NCBI GenBank assembly: GCA_009726095.1
Contig: WLMZ01000001.1
Span: 270 to 64,269 of the forward strand
DNA length: 64,000 nucleotides
Source: Actinomycetota bacterium
Lineage (GTDB): Bacteria > Actinomycetota > Acidimicrobiia > Acidimicrobiales > Ilumatobacteraceae
Direction: 5' to 3'
In this document: in pieces, positions 47,703 through 57,213 of the stretch
Layout of the letters: each line of letters starts with the position of its first letter
How positions within the stretch are numbered: the stretch's first letter is position 1
Made by a program: the position numbers and the translations under genes
Notes under the pieces: generated by a model
The model's input: only the letters and a program-made list of their open reading frames with translations
What the model was told of the DNA's origin: nothing
The model's database searches: none

Positions 47703-48569
47703 ATGAACCGTCAGAGGTTGCGCACAAAGAGAAACGCCGTGATTGCAACAGTCGTTGCGCTGGCGATCGCTGCTGGAACGTGGGCCCTGGTCAGCGCTTC
47801 CGATTCGACCAGTAAGCGCGAAGGGGCCACCTACAACGTCATCAGCAAGAAGGTCAACTACGGATCGAAGATCGTGATCAGGAACGACGGCCCGTACCTG
47901 CTGAGGGTCACCGATATGCAGAACGGCGCGGGAGTGGTGTACCTCCAAAGTTGCACCATGGAGACCTACTGGCCCAAAGTGGAGGAGGAGTTTTGGTGGG
48001 TAGGCCCGACTGTCAACGAGTATTTGTTCCCGCCCACCCCGGCGTCGAGGAACTTCCTCTTCGACACCTATGCCGCTGACCCGACAGCGTGCCAACACGA
48101 ATGGATTGGGAAGGTCAAGGGCCAATTTACTGACCTCGACCTTCAGATCGAGGCGTGCGTGCCGCTCAGAGGCCATTTGAGTTTTGCTGGCACCGCAAGC
48201 GAGGCAGACAAAACTAGTGCTGCGAACACCTACGGATGTCACCTGCAAAACAAGCACTACGACTATGACGGTTCCACGCAATCCCACGCGTGGGGACTGC
48301 AGGTTGATCGGGTGAAGGCGCGGTCGAGCGCCGCAGGGGTGCATGCCATCTCGAAAGGCCTCCAGAGCATCACCGACAACTACACCGGCAGAAGCGAGGT
48401 CTGGGAGTTCTCAGCTGGTTATGGACAAGGTTTACAGTTCACTGTGGTTGCAAGCGAGCACAAGCGTATGGACGAGGACAACCCCTATGTCTACACGCTG
48501 CAAAACTTTGGGCCGCCCAAGTGCCTTGACGCTGCATATTCTTCTGCACATCTCGATTGCTCCGAGTAG
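47703..48569 (+). CDS. orphan secreted protein (288 aa, six Cys), low-GC gene
   Basis: SD GGGGAGGGGA before the ATG. Signal peptide NAVIATVVALAIAAGTWALVSA|SD. No family recognised. Composition is atypical for the window. Confidence 0.6.
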   Translation: MNRQRLRTKRNAVIATVVALAIAAGTWALVSASDSTSKREGATYNVISKKVNYGSKIVIRNDGPYLLRVTDMQNGAGVVYLQSCTMETYWPKVEEEFWWVGPTVNEYLFPPTPASRNFLFDTYAADPTACQHEWIGKVKGQFTDLDLQIEACVPLRGHLSFAGTASEADKTSAANTYGCHLQNKHYDYDGSTQSHAWGLQVDRVKARSSAAGVHAISKGLQSITDNYTGRSEVWEFSAGYGQGLQFTVVASEHKRMDEDNPYVYTLQNFGPPKCLDAAYSSAHLDCSE

Positions 48570-48721
48570 AACCGTGCGGAGCGACCAGCCACACACGAAC
48601 AACGCTCCCGGCTCCCGCACACACGGTCGAAGCCCTTTCGAACAACCATTTTCGGACCTTCGAGCCAACTTTTCGCCTGACAACCGGCCTGTCAGCACCT
48701 GCGCACCGAATAACGCACAGT

Positions 48722-48786
48722 CCTCCTGATCACCGGGCCTGATCATCGGGCCTGATCATCGGGCCTGATCATCGGGCCTGATCAGG
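48722..48786. repeat. second array of the same 13-bp repeat, same orientation (1 degenerate + 4 units)
   Basis: CCTCCTGATCACC, then GGGCCTGATCATC x3, then GGGCCTGATCAGG. The last unit contains the minus-strand stop of the phosphatase gene. Confidence 0.95.
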
Positions 48787-49336
48787 GTGCGACGAGCGCA
48801 GCGATCAGGTCGCGCTGTGCCCCTGCCTCGGGTCCAGCCATCGGTCGATGCGCTGCCACCAGAGCGAGTGCGTCGGCGGCACCCGATCCCAGAGCCATCA
48901 GCAAACCCGCAGCGATCGTGCCCGCACGGCCGATGCCGGCGCCGCAATGCACCAACAACGTGTCCCCACGTTCGACCCGCTGGCACAACGACTCGAGCAG
49001 CTCGGTTGCGGCGTCCAGGTGCGGTGCGCCGAGGTCGGGAATGGGGAACCACACCGCCCGCAGCGGCGCCTGCGTTCGCAGCCACTCGACGTAGTGCGGA
49101 TACCGGTCCACCAGCTCACTGCGTTGGTTCAGGCACACAACCGCGGACGCACCAACGGCCGCCAGCGCAGCGTCGGGGTCGGGCCCCACAAAGTGTTTGC
49201 CGCACAGCCACAACCGGCCACCGTTCGGCAACGGCACGGCGTCGGCTCCGCCGTGTCGCGCACGGTCGTTGTACCAGCCATCCATCGGGACCTGGGGGCG
49301 ACCCGCCGCCGCCGACGAGGGATCGACGACGCTCAT
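48782..49336 (-). CDS. dual-specificity / Cys-based protein phosphatase
   Basis: P-loop VHCGAGIGRAGT (HCx5R). The ATG overlaps the meaA stop (ATGA). Confidence 0.8.
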   Translation of the reverse strand: MSVVDPSSAAAGRPQVPMDGWYNDRARHGGADAVPLPNGGRLWLCGKHFVGPDPDAALAAVGASAVVCLNQRSELVDRYPHYVEWLRTQAPLRAVWFPIPDLGAPHLDAATELLESLCQRVERGDTLLVHCGAGIGRAGTIAAGLLMALGSGAADALALVAAHRPMAGPEAGAQRDLIAALVAP

Positions 49337-51303
49337 CCGCCGTTGCGGTGGCGCGCCGCCAGTTCGGCGATGTCACGCATGATGCTGCTGAGTTCGTAGT
49401 CCTTGGGCGTGTAGCAGCGGGCGACGCCTGCTGCGGCGAGCCGCTCCTGATCTTGCTGGGGGATGATGCCACCTACCACCACGGGGATGTCCACGCCCAG
49501 CGCAGCCAGACATGCCAGCACGTCGGGAACCAGTGCAAGGTGCGATCCGCTGAGAATGGACAGGCCAATCACATCGGGGTCCTCGTCGCGGGCCGACGCA
49601 GCGATCTGCTCGGGTGTCAGGCGGATACCGCTGTAGACCACCTCCATGCCCGCATCGCGCGCGGCCACGGCGATCTGCTCGGCGCCATTGGAATGACCAT
49701 CGAGGCCGGGCTTCGCAACCAGGAACTTCGGCGGCCCGCCGGGGATGCTGCGTACGTACTCGGCCACGGCAGCCAGCTCGCTGCTGCGACGGCCCACTGC
49801 GGCGCTCACCCCGGTGGGCGCACGGTATTCGCCGAACACGCCCCGCAGCGTGGTGGCCCACTCGCCCGTGGTGCCACCGGCACGGGCCAGGCGGATGGAC
49901 GCCAGCATGATGTTCTCGTCACCCTCAGCCGCCGCCCGCAACGCAACCAGCGCCGCCTCGACAGCCGCGTTGTCGCGATTGGCACGCCACTGCTCGACAT
50001 CGTCGATGGTCTCCTGCTCGACCGCGGGATCGACCACCAAGATGTTGCCCTCGCCACCCAACGGGCTCTCGGCTGTCTCCTTGAAGCTGTTCACGCCGAC
50101 CACCATCTGCTCGCCCGATTCAATACGACGAGTGCGCCCGGCCATGGACCGTACGAGACGACCCTTCAGCTCGTCGACGGCCTCAAACGCACCACCGAGG
50201 CCGAGCACGTCTTGGAGCTCGGCCCACGCAGCGTCGCGCAGTTCGTTGGTCTTGGCCTCGATGACGACAGAGCCCTCGAAGATGTCGTCGTACTCCAGCA
50301 GGTCGGTCTCGAAAGCGAGTACCTGTTGCATACGCAACGACCACTGCTGGTCCCACGGACGGGGAAGCCCGAGCGCCTCGTTCCATGCCGGCAGTTGCAC
50401 ACTGCGCGCCCGCGCGTCTTTTGACAACGTGACCGCAAGCATCTCGAGCACGATGCGCTGGATGTTGTTCTCGGGCTGGGCCTCGGTGAGCCCCAGGGAG
50501 TTCACCTGCACGCCGTAACGGAACCGACGAGCCTTGTCGTTGGTTACCCCGTAACGCTCGAGCCCGATGCGGTCCCACAGTTGGGTGAACGCACGCATCT
50601 TGCACGTCTCCTCGATGAACCGGATGCCAGCGTTGACGAAGAACGAGATGGAACCGAAGACCTGGGCGAACTGATCGGGCTCGACCTGGCCGCTGTCACG
50701 GACGGCATCGAGCACACCAATGGCAGTGGCGAGCGAGTATGCGATCTCCTGCACCGGCGTGGCCCCGGCCTCTTGCAGATGGTACGAGCACACGTTCATC
50801 GGGTTCCACTTCGGTGCGTGCTGCGCGCACCAGGCGACCATGTCGACGATCAACCGACGAGATGCCTCGGGTGGGAAGATGTAGGTACCGCGGCTGAGAT
50901 ATTCCTTGACGATGTCGTTCTGCGTCGTGCCGCGCAGCGCCTCGCTGGGCACGCCCTGTTCGTCGGCGTTGGCGACGTAGAGCGCCAGCAACCACGCTGC
51001 GGTGGCATTGATGGTCATCGAGGTGTTCATCTTCGCCGGAGGTATGGAGTGCAGCAGCGTGCGCATGTGGCCGAGGTGGGCCACTGGTACCCCCACCTTG
51101 CCGACCTCGCCCCTGGCCAGGGTGTCGTCCGGGTCGTAGCCGGTCTGCGTGGGGAGATCGAAGGCGATGGACAAACCGGTCTGGCCCTTGGCCAGGTTCG
51201 TGCGGTACAACTCGTTGGATGCCCCGGCTGTGGAATGGCCCGAGTAGGTGCGCATCAACCAGGGTTCATCGCGCGGCGCGGCGTCAGGCGTACTGTCGTT
51301 CAT
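49333..51303 (-). CDS. meaA: ethylmalonyl-CoA mutase (MeaA-type B12-dependent acyl-CoA mutase, fused catalytic + B12 domains)
   Basis: WLMRTYSGHSTAGASNELYRTNLAKGQTGLSIAFDLPTQTGYD, and a C-terminal B12 domain (GLDGHSNGAEQIA). 656 aa from ATG 51303. Confidence 0.85.
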   Translation of the reverse strand: MNDSTPDAAPRDEPWLMRTYSGHSTAGASNELYRTNLAKGQTGLSIAFDLPTQTGYDPDDTLARGEVGKVGVPVAHLGHMRTLLHSIPPAKMNTSMTINATAAWLLALYVANADEQGVPSEALRGTTQNDIVKEYLSRGTYIFPPEASRRLIVDMVAWCAQHAPKWNPMNVCSYHLQEAGATPVQEIAYSLATAIGVLDAVRDSGQVEPDQFAQVFGSISFFVNAGIRFIEETCKMRAFTQLWDRIGLERYGVTNDKARRFRYGVQVNSLGLTEAQPENNIQRIVLEMLAVTLSKDARARSVQLPAWNEALGLPRPWDQQWSLRMQQVLAFETDLLEYDDIFEGSVVIEAKTNELRDAAWAELQDVLGLGGAFEAVDELKGRLVRSMAGRTRRIESGEQMVVGVNSFKETAESPLGGEGNILVVDPAVEQETIDDVEQWRANRDNAAVEAALVALRAAAEGDENIMLASIRLARAGGTTGEWATTLRGVFGEYRAPTGVSAAVGRRSSELAAVAEYVRSIPGGPPKFLVAKPGLDGHSNGAEQIAVAARDAGMEVVYSGIRLTPEQIAASARDEDPDVIGLSILSGSHLALVPDVLACLAALGVDIPVVVGGIIPQQDQERLAAAGVARCYTPKDYELSSIMRDIAELAARHRNGG

Positions 51304-51313
51304 GATGCAAGTG

Positions 51314-52657
51314 TTACCCGCTGGCGGGGCGCACTTCCACCTGCGCCGAGCGCCCGGTGGCGCCAACGGTGATCCGCCAGCCCTCGATCGTCCACGAAGA
51401 TCCTGGGGTCGACAGCAACTGCAGGTGAGGCGCCGTGCTGCCGAGCGTGGCCTGCACGCGCGTTGCACCCGTGCACGGACCCGCTGTTGCGTCGCCCGTC
51501 GTGACCTCGGTCGCGGCATCGGTACCGAGTTCAGCGGCACACGCAGCAGGCGATTGGTCGATGTGATGCACCGCCAGCCCGGCGGCTGGAAGAAAGTCAT
51601 TGAAGCCGTCGGCTGTGAGGTATTCGACCGAGAGGAACGAGCCGTCTGCGATCGGCAGCACCAGCAAACGCAGCCCCTGCGCGCCGGTGGATGGCCAGAG
51701 ACTGAACGCGCCGCCTCCGGGCGCTGCAACCGCGAGATCGTCGGCGGTCAGCCAGCCGAGCGCCAATCGGTTGACGGCGAGCGTGTCCGGTCCATTCCGG
51801 CGAGCGGGCTCGGCGTCGCGCGGCGAGGCGCTGTTGCTCATCAGGTCGATGCCGCTCGCGTGCTGATCGGTGCTGCCGAAATCGCCGCTGTGCGGAAGGC
51901 CGAGCGTGTGCCCGATCTCGTGCTCAATCAGGTCGACCGCCGGGACCGCGCCCCAGTCGGGATGAAAGTCAGAAGCGCCGACGTACAGGGCACGGCGCGT
52001 CTGGCGGGCTGGGCAGAACTCCGTCGTGCAGGCCGAACCGGCCAGCCCCCACCCGCCCGGCTCGGTGGCGAGATGCTCGGCATTGGCCACCACCAACACC
52101 GCAGCCGTGGTGGCGCCGCTGGCATCGATGGCCCGCTGGAGACACTGGTCATGGGTTTCGCCCGGCGCCATGGTGAGCGTCAGCCCAGCGACGAAGTGCG
52201 GGTGATAGAGCCCGTGGGACAACGCCTCGAAGTACGGGGTAACGGTCGTGTCGAGTTTGGCGGCCACGTCGTCGGGCACCAGGTCCAGCCGCAACGGCAG
52301 CCGGCCGTAGATCGCGTCGGTGGTGTCGAGCGGCACGGCGCACACGAACACCTCGAACTGATCGTTGGTGGGCGCCGGCGAGCTGCCCAGGATCAGGCGC
52401 AGGCCAACCGGAAAGTCGGCTGATGCGCGCACGACCGAACCAACGGGGACGGTCAGGGTTCTGGAGTCGTCGTTGCTGCACGAGGCCCCGAACAGCGCGA
52501 TCGGGATACCGAGCAACGACACCGACGTCGCCCGGGAAAAGAATCCTGAACAATTCTTCAACAAACGCTCAAGTCGGCCACTGTGCCTGCCGATACACCA
52601 TCGGCAGCGTCGCGAATACGCGACCTGCGATGCTGCGACGGTTGGTCTCCCCTCCAT
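51314..52657 (-). CDS. secreted metzincin-type zinc metalloprotease (start uncertain)
   Basis: HEIGHTLGLPH (HExxHxxGxxH). Candidate starts are ATG 52657, or TTG near 52561-52564, which would give a lipoprotein-like signal (...LLGIPIALFGASC). Confidence 0.65.
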   Translation of the reverse strand: MEGRPTVAASQVAYSRRCRWCIGRHSGRLERLLKNCSGFFSRATSVSLLGIPIALFGASCSNDDSRTLTVPVGSVVRASADFPVGLRLILGSSPAPTNDQFEVFVCAVPLDTTDAIYGRLPLRLDLVPDDVAAKLDTTVTPYFEALSHGLYHPHFVAGLTLTMAPGETHDQCLQRAIDASGATTAAVLVVANAEHLATEPGGWGLAGSACTTEFCPARQTRRALYVGASDFHPDWGAVPAVDLIEHEIGHTLGLPHSGDFGSTDQHASGIDLMSNSASPRDAEPARRNGPDTLAVNRLALGWLTADDLAVAAPGGGAFSLWPSTGAQGLRLLVLPIADGSFLSVEYLTADGFNDFLPAAGLAVHHIDQSPAACAAELGTDAATEVTTGDATAGPCTGATRVQATLGSTAPHLQLLSTPGSSWTIEGWRITVGATGRSAQVEVRPASG

Positions 52658-52740
52658 CGCGCAGGTCTTGCCGGTGTCGGCCGTGGCGGAACGGGCCGAC
52701 ACCGACGAACTGCCCTGCCTGCTCGTCGACACGCCGTTGC

Positions 52741-53400
52741 TCACGATGCTGTCGCCCGTTCGAGCAGCCCCAGATATGTGCTGCGGGACACGTCGACTGC
52801 CCCCAACGAGCGGAGGTGCTCGGTGGTCCACTGCACGTCGAGCAACAGCGCTCCCGCACGACCGAGTTCGTCCACCAACGCCACGAGAGCAACCTTTGAT
52901 GCATCGGTGGCCTCGGAGAACATGCTCTCTCCGGCGAAGAGTCCACCGACCTTCACGCCGTACAGCCCACCCACGAGACGAGCGTCGGCATCGAACACCT
53001 CGACGCTGTGTGCCCAACCCAGCGCGTGCAGGCGGGAGTAGGCATCGACGAAGTCCTGGTTGATCCAGCCGTGTGGACGACGCGGATCGCTGCAACGCGT
53101 CATCACCTCGCGAAAACATGTGTTGAACCGCACGTTGTACTTCCGGCAACTCTGACGCAACGACTTCGACACGTGCAGGCCATCCAGTGGGATGATGCCA
53201 CGCGGGTCGGGTGACCACCAGGCCACCTCCCACCAATCGATCGGCATCGGGAACAAGCCGCTGCGGTAAGCAGCCAGCAGCGTGCCCGGTTCGAGATCGG
53301 CACCGACACCGGCCAGACCATGTTCGTCGGCGCGATGCGCCAGGGGGAGCCGCCAGCGCGAACGCGGTGGCTCCACAGGCGAGGCATCGAAGGCGGTCAC
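52741..53400 (-). CDS. aat: leucyl/phenylalanyl-tRNA--protein transferase
   Basis: YRSGLFPMP...WWSPDPRGI...GGLYGVKVGGLFAGESMF. Confidence 0.9.
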   Translation of the reverse strand: MTAFDASPVEPPRSRWRLPLAHRADEHGLAGVGADLEPGTLLAAYRSGLFPMPIDWWEVAWWSPDPRGIIPLDGLHVSKSLRQSCRKYNVRFNTCFREVMTRCSDPRRPHGWINQDFVDAYSRLHALGWAHSVEVFDADARLVGGLYGVKVGGLFAGESMFSEATDASKVALVALVDELGRAGALLLDVQWTTEHLRSLGAVDVSRSTYLGLLERATAS

Positions 53401-53451
53401 CGCACCAGCATGCCCGACAAGAATGCGTTGTTCAGTGCGCGAGCGACTGAA

Positions 53452-54309
53452 TCAGCGTGAGTAGTCGAAGAACCCGCGACCGCTCTTGCGGCCCAAACGA
53501 CCAGCGGCAACCATGCGACGCAGCGTGGGAACTGCGGCGTAATTGGGATCACGGAACTCGGCATACAGTGCATCGAGGATGGCCAGCGAGGTGTCGAGCC
53601 CCACCAGGTCGAGCAGCGCGAACGGGCCCATCGGAAAGTTGCAGCCACCCTTCATCGCCGTGTCGATATCGGCAATGGACGCCGTGCCCTGCTCGCTGAG
53701 GCGCACCGCATTGTTGAGGTACGGGAACAACAACGCGTTCACGATGAAGCCGGCCTGATCCTTGACCTCGACGGCGTCCTTGCCGCACGCCACGGCGAAC
53801 GCAGTGGCCGCTGCGATCGTGTCGTCGCTGGCGGTGAGCGGCCGGACGATCTCCACGAGCTTCATCATCGGGGCCGGGTTGAAGAAGTGAATACCGCACA
53901 CCTTGTCGGGGCGTTGGGTCACCATTGCCAGTTCAACCACGGCGAGCGTGCTGGTGTTCGTGGCGAAAATTGCGTTGGGCTGCACGACCTGCTCGAGCTC
54001 GGCAAACAGTTCCTTCTTCACTGCCAAATCCTCGATCACGCTCTCGATGACGAGATCGCAGTCGCGGAGCGCACCGAGGTGATCGGTGGCGCTGACCCGG
54101 CCGAGGATGACCAGGCGCTCGTCGTCGGCGAGCTTGCCGCGCTCCACCTGCTTGGCCAGGTTCTTGGTGAGCGACGCCACCATGGCGTCGGCGCTCGCCT
54201 GCGTACGCGATCGTAAGATGACGTTGTAGCCCGCTTTGGCGGCAACCTCGGCCAACCCGGATCCCATGATCCCCGAACCCAAGATGCCAACTGTCGTGAT
54301 GTTGTCCAT
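53452..54309 (-). CDS. 3-hydroxybutyryl-CoA dehydrogenase
   Basis: VGILGSGIMGSGLA, TNTSTL, HFFNPAPMMKLVE. Confidence 0.9.
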   Translation of the reverse strand: MDNITTVGILGSGIMGSGLAEVAAKAGYNVILRSRTQASADAMVASLTKNLAKQVERGKLADDERLVILGRVSATDHLGALRDCDLVIESVIEDLAVKKELFAELEQVVQPNAIFATNTSTLAVVELAMVTQRPDKVCGIHFFNPAPMMKLVEIVRPLTASDDTIAAATAFAVACGKDAVEVKDQAGFIVNALLFPYLNNAVRLSEQGTASIADIDTAMKGGCNFPMGPFALLDLVGLDTSLAILDALYAEFRDPNYAAVPTLRRMVAAGRLGRKSGRGFFDYSR

Positions 54310-54384
54310 TTCATGACGCTACTTACCGGCGGGTAACCAACTGAAGCCGGACGGCCGACAATGCCGATGTCCTAGGATTCGGAC

Positions 54385-55578
54385 GTGGTTCAACGAACGA
54401 TCTTGCGGCCACTACGGGCATTTCTCGCCACAGAGGCCGCTGGAGGAATCCTGGCCGTCGGTGCGGCCATCGCCGCTGTCGTCTGGGCCAATGCCGCGCC
54501 GCACAACTACGAGTCGTGGTGGTCGACCGAGGCGGCCATCTCTGTCGGTCACCACGTCCTGCGGCTCGACCTGAAGCACTGGGTCAACGACGCGCTGATG
54601 GCCATCTTCTTTCTGGTCGTCGGTCTGGAGATCAAGCGCGAGTTGGTGCAGGGCGAACTGCGGGTGCCCCGACGGGCCGCCCTGCCCGTTGCTGCAGCGC
54701 TCGGTGGGATGGTTGTGCCAGCAGCGCTGTTCGCAATCATCAACACCGGCCAACCCACCATCCGGGGTTGGGGCGTGCCGATGGCCACCGATATCGCCTT
54801 GGCGTTGGGGGTCATTGCGCTGATCGGGCGCAGGATCGTGCCGGCATCATTGTCGTTGTTCCTGCTCGCCGTCGCAATCGTCGATGACATCGGCGCCATT
54901 GTGGTCATCGCTGTCTTCTACAGCAACGGCATCCGGTTCTCCTGGTTGGCACTGGGCGTCGCAATGGTGGCGCTCACCATCGCGATGCGACGCCTACGGG
55001 TGGGAGCGATGGGCCCCTATCTCGTGGCGGGGACCGTGTTGTGGTTCGCTCTGCACGAAGCAGGGATCCACGCCACCATTGCCGGGGTGATCATGGGCCT
55101 GCTCGCACCCACGACCGCCGTGTTGTCCTCGGGTTCCACCAGCGTGGTCGAACGACTCGAACACGCCCTACACCCATGGTCGAGCTTTGTCATCGTGCCC
55201 ATCTTCGCCCTCTCCAACGCCGGCATTCGGCTGAACAGCGAACTGTTCGACGGGGTCCTCAGCGCACACGTGTTCTGGGGAATCATCGTCGGCCTGGTGA
55301 TCGGCAAGCCCGTCGGTATCACCCTGGCATCGTGGTTGGCCGTGCGGACGGGGGTGGCCGAGCTACCCAACGGCGTGCGCATGTCACAGATTGCCGCCAT
55401 TGGCGCCGTTGCCGGCATTGGTTTCACCGTCAGCCTGTTCGTGTCCGACCTTGCGTTCGGTAACGCCGTAGATCTCGGCCACGACAAGTTCGCCGTATTG
55501 GTGGCCTCGATTTCGGCCGGGCTGATCGGCGCGACCGCCCTGCGTGCATCGTCGCGACGGCAAGCAACCAAAGGCTGA
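54385..55578 (+). CDS. nhaA: Na+/H+ antiporter NhaA
   Basis: WVNDALMAIFFLVVGLEIKRE and ATDIALALG. Confidence 0.9.
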   Translation: MVQRTILRPLRAFLATEAAGGILAVGAAIAAVVWANAAPHNYESWWSTEAAISVGHHVLRLDLKHWVNDALMAIFFLVVGLEIKRELVQGELRVPRRAALPVAAALGGMVVPAALFAIINTGQPTIRGWGVPMATDIALALGVIALIGRRIVPASLSLFLLAVAIVDDIGAIVVIAVFYSNGIRFSWLALGVAMVALTIAMRRLRVGAMGPYLVAGTVLWFALHEAGIHATIAGVIMGLLAPTTAVLSSGSTSVVERLEHALHPWSSFVIVPIFALSNAGIRLNSELFDGVLSAHVFWGIIVGLVIGKPVGITLASWLAVRTGVAELPNGVRMSQIAAIGAVAGIGFTVSLFVSDLAFGNAVDLGHDKFAVLVASISAGLIGATALRASSRRQATKG

Positions 55579-55603
55579 GCTGCCGGTCGAATACAGTGAG
55601 GCA

Positions 55604-56233
55604 ATGACCGGAACGCTTGCACTCCTGGGTGGTGGCCCCTTCGAGGCCAATGACGAACTCGACCGTCGACTGATCGCTGCGGCGGCTGCCACCGAGGTGG
55701 TCGTGTTGCCCACAGCGGATGCGTTCGAACACCCCAGCAGGCTCATCGACACCGCACGACAGTGGGGTGAGCGCATGGGCGTCTCCATCGATGGCCGGTT
55801 GGTGCTGCGCCGGGCGGACGCCAACGACACCACGCACGCACGGGCGGTCGAGCAGGCGCGCATGGTCTATCTGGTCGGCGACTCACCCCTCCATCTCCGT
55901 TCGGTCCTGAAAGATGCCGCCACCTTCGAGGCGTTGCGCAGCGTCATCGCCAACGGTGGCGTCGTGGCCGCCACCGGCGCCAGCGCCGCATGCCTGTGCG
56001 ACCCCATGACCGACCCACGCGGCGGCGCGTTCACGTTGGGTCTGGGCCTGGTTAACGGGCTCGCCCTGCTGACCGAGTCAGAGACCTGGTCCCCCGAACG
56101 CCTGCATCGCACGTTGAAGCTGGCCAAGGGTTTCGCTGTGGCCGTGTTACCCACGGGCAGCGCACTGCTGCGGGCTGACTCAACCTGGGAAATGGTCGGC
56201 AACGTCGAGCTTCACGGCGACCTCACCAGCTGA
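55604..56233 (+). CDS. type 1 glutamine amidotransferase-like / peptidase S51 (cyanophycinase-like) protein
   Basis: LALLGGGPF...VVLPTA...MVYLVGDSPLHL...GASAA. Confidence 0.55.
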   Translation: MTGTLALLGGGPFEANDELDRRLIAAAAATEVVVLPTADAFEHPSRLIDTARQWGERMGVSIDGRLVLRRADANDTTHARAVEQARMVYLVGDSPLHLRSVLKDAATFEALRSVIANGGVVAATGASAACLCDPMTDPRGGAFTLGLGLVNGLALLTESETWSPERLHRTLKLAKGFAVAVLPTGSALLRADSTWEMVGNVELHGDLTS

Positions 56234-56296
56234 ACGATTCCACCCGAACGATTCCACCCGACCGGCGCCACCTGGCCGGCGCCAGCGGAACGGTTG

Positions 56297-57136
56297 CTAC
56301 TGCTCGGTGATGGTGACCTTGGTGATGGAGATCGGCTCCTTGGTGGGCACGCCATTGGATGCCGCAGGATCGGCTGCCGCCTCGAGGCCGCGCACCGAGG
56401 TGTCGAAGCCGTCGGTGACCTGACCGAGCAGGCTGTACTCGGCAGGCAGGGCCACGCCGGCGTCACCGGTGATCACGAAGAACTGGCTGTCGTTGGTGGT
56501 GGCGCCTGACGCCTTGGCCATGGCCACGGTGCCCAGGGCGTACTTGCCGCTCTTGGGCGCCTCCACGGGCACGGAGATGCCGGCGCCGCCCGAACCGGTA
56601 CCGGTGGGATCGCCACACTGCACCATGAAGTCCTTGATGGCGCGATGGCAGGGCGTGCCGTCGTAGAAGTGGTAACGAGCCAGGTACACGAACTGGTTCA
56701 CGTTCAGCGGCGAGTTCACAGCGTCGAGCGCAACCGTATAGCTGCCCTTGTTGGTCTCGATCAGCGCCGTGTAGGTCTTTCCAACGGCGATGCAACTGGG
56801 GGCGGCAGCCTTGAAGGCCACAACGCGGGGCGCAGTGCCATCAGCGGCGGGGCAGGGGTAAGCGCCTGACGCGTCGGTTGCAGGGGGCGTGCCGATGGTG
56901 GTGCTGGGCAGGCCGACGTCGGTGGCCACGGTCGTGGTGGTGGCCGACGTCGGGGTGCTCGAGGTGTCGCTGCCGAACAGGCGCACGAGCAGGAACACGG
57001 CCACGATGAGCGCCGGCACGCCGACACCGATCTGAAGGCCACGCTTTTTCGTCTTGGCCTTGCGAGCGTCGCGCGCAAGCTCCTCGAGCTTCAGCTGACG
57101 GTTGGCTTTCTGACGTTCACGCTTGTCGGTACCCAC
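56297..57136 (-). CDS. membrane-anchored cyclophilin-type peptidyl-prolyl isomerase
   Basis: Basic N-terminus plus TM. FHRAIKDFMVQCGDPTGTGSGG and SQFFV. Confidence 0.9.
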   Translation of the reverse strand: MGTDKRERQKANRQLKLEELARDARKAKTKKRGLQIGVGVPALIVAVFLLVRLFGSDTSSTPTSATTTTVATDVGLPSTTIGTPPATDASGAYPCPAADGTAPRVVAFKAAAPSCIAVGKTYTALIETNKGSYTVALDAVNSPLNVNQFVYLARYHFYDGTPCHRAIKDFMVQCGDPTGTGSGGAGISVPVEAPKSGKYALGTVAMAKASGATTNDSQFFVITGDAGVALPAEYSLLGQVTDGFDTSVRGLEAAADPAASNGVPTKEPISITKVTITEQ

Positions 57137-57213
57137 AAGGACGAGAGGCTACTCCGCGCGACCCCGTCATCGGGGGTCGACCCGCCCAACTCCGCAACGT
57201 CGTTCGTCAACTT

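Noticed and set aside
47529-48344. 271-aa minus-strand ORF inside the low-GC cassette
   Set aside because: It has no SD or plausible start context, its translation is Arg-rich, and it overlaps the plus-strand ORF, which has an SD and a clean signal peptide.
47469-48786. Possibility that the 13-bp repeat arrays are a CRISPR array
   Set aside because: The units are contiguous with no spacers, are only 13 bp long, and there are no cas genes. They are tandem repeats, not CRISPR.
54325-54338. Short dyad TTACC-GGCG-GGTAA upstream of nhaA
   Set aside because: The arms are only 5 bp, which is expected by chance in 64 kb.
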